A DNA stretch of 64,000 nt, taken from an uncultured Gammaproteobacteria bacterium (GTDB taxonomy: Bacteria > Patescibacteriota > Microgenomatia > UBA12405). The stretch spans positions 6,995 to 70,994 of the forward strand of contig CAZCYZ010000002.1 of assembly GCA_964503465.1 (NCBI GenBank), in the 5' to 3' direction. Positions 63,476-64,000 of the stretch are shown here, piece by piece. Made by a program: the position numbers and the translations under genes. Position 1 is the stretch's first letter; each line of letters begins with the position of its first letter. The notes under the pieces are model-generated. The model was not told where the DNA came from, did not search any database, and saw only the letters and a list, made by a program, of their open reading frames with translations.

Positions 63476-64000
63476 AGTTTGATTATGTCTTGTTGGTCGA
63501 GTAATTGTTGTTCACCAGTAGTCATGTCTTTGAGGGTTATTTTGTTTTGTGCAAGTTCGTCGGGGCCGAGGACGGCAACAAAAGGAATACCCTTATCACT
63601 GGCATATTTAAATTGTTTGCCAAGTTTGTCGGCGGTGGGGTAGAGGAGAGTGGTAATGTTTTGAGAGCGAAGGTTCGAGGCTAGTTTTAAGAGTGGTGGT
63701 TCATCACCAAAGTTGGCGATCATTATTTTAGTAGTGGTTTTGGAAAGATTAGGAAGAAGATTTAGGTCTTGGATGCAATCAACGATGCGGTCCAGGCCGA
63801 TAGTGGTGCCGACGGCAGGAATGTCGGGGCCACCTAGAGTTTTGACTAGATTGTCATAGCGACCACCACCGGTGATGGAACCAATTTTTGGCTCTTCGAC
63901 ATAAGTTTCAAAAATAGGACCAGTGTAATAATTAAGTCCTCGAACCATAGTGGGGTCAAAAAGATAAACATCTTTGGGGATAGCAAAACTGTCAAGAAGG
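63460..64000 (-). CDS. hisS: histidyl-tRNA synthetase, C-terminal part (gene continues beyond window end)
   Basis: GLNYYTGPIFE, GGGRYDNL, GTTIGLDRI (motif 3) and anticodon-binding domain. Confidence 0.8.
   Translation of the reverse strand, partial: LLDSFAIPKDVYLFDPTMVRGLNYYTGPIFETYVEEPKIGSITGGGRYDNLVKTLGGPDIPAVGTTIGLDRIVDCIQDLNLLPNLSKTTTKIMIANFGDEPPLLKLASNLRSQNITTLLYPTADKLGKQFKYASDKGIPFVAVLGPDELAQNKITLKDMTTGEQQLLDQQDIIKLWPNP

Overview
This 64-kb window looks like a small-genome bacterium of the CPR/Patescibacteria type. The lineage call is an inference from gene content. GC is about 45% and TGA is used as a stop codon (for example at the topA end, 24477-24479), so the standard code applies. 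The window holds three kinds of content.

(1) Housekeeping backbone. Translation and ribosomal genes: L33, L28, S21, S2, S6, S18, L31, EF-Ts, RRF, HPF, an RF1-like factor, Fmt, Def, CysRS and a partial HisRS. Other core genes: iscS-iscU, mreB-pbp2, topA, dnaX-ybaB-recR, ssb, and proteases (two M50 site-2 proteases, an S41 Ctp and an HtrA). There are three tRNAs: Ser-TGA, Thr-GGT and Thr-TGT.

(2) A higher-GC island of about 12.6 kb between topA and rpsB (roughly 24.5-37.0 kb). It carries a 723-aa AAA-type transfer ATPase (VirB4/VirD4-like), a polytopic VirB6/TrbL-like membrane protein, a lipoprotein, a lytic transglycosylase plus M23 peptidase cell-wall hydrolase, a cassette of small ORFs, a GC-rich patch, nested palindromes, and a candidate type-III hammerhead ribozyme at about 35100-35170. 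I interpret this as an integrated conjugative or mobile element.

(3) A surface-assembly locus at 40.2-50.6 kb. It encodes a secreted glycoside hydrolase, an EEP-family nuclease, and a 1643-aa cysteine-rich protein built of near-identical tandem modules that ends in a dockerin-like pair. It is followed by two cohesin-like proteins, one of which has an LPQTG sortase signal, and an FN3-dockerin protein. Together these look like a cellulosome-style cohesin-dockerin adhesin system.

Other observations: a family of roughly 75-90-nt palindromic elements with tttttCCG...CGGaaaaa arms (three copies, two inserted in-frame inside genes); a HigB/HigA-like toxin-antitoxin pair; a truncated YbeY; and an RF1 homolog that lacks domain 1. 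All calls rest on reading the sequence and the ORF translations by eye. No database search was possible.
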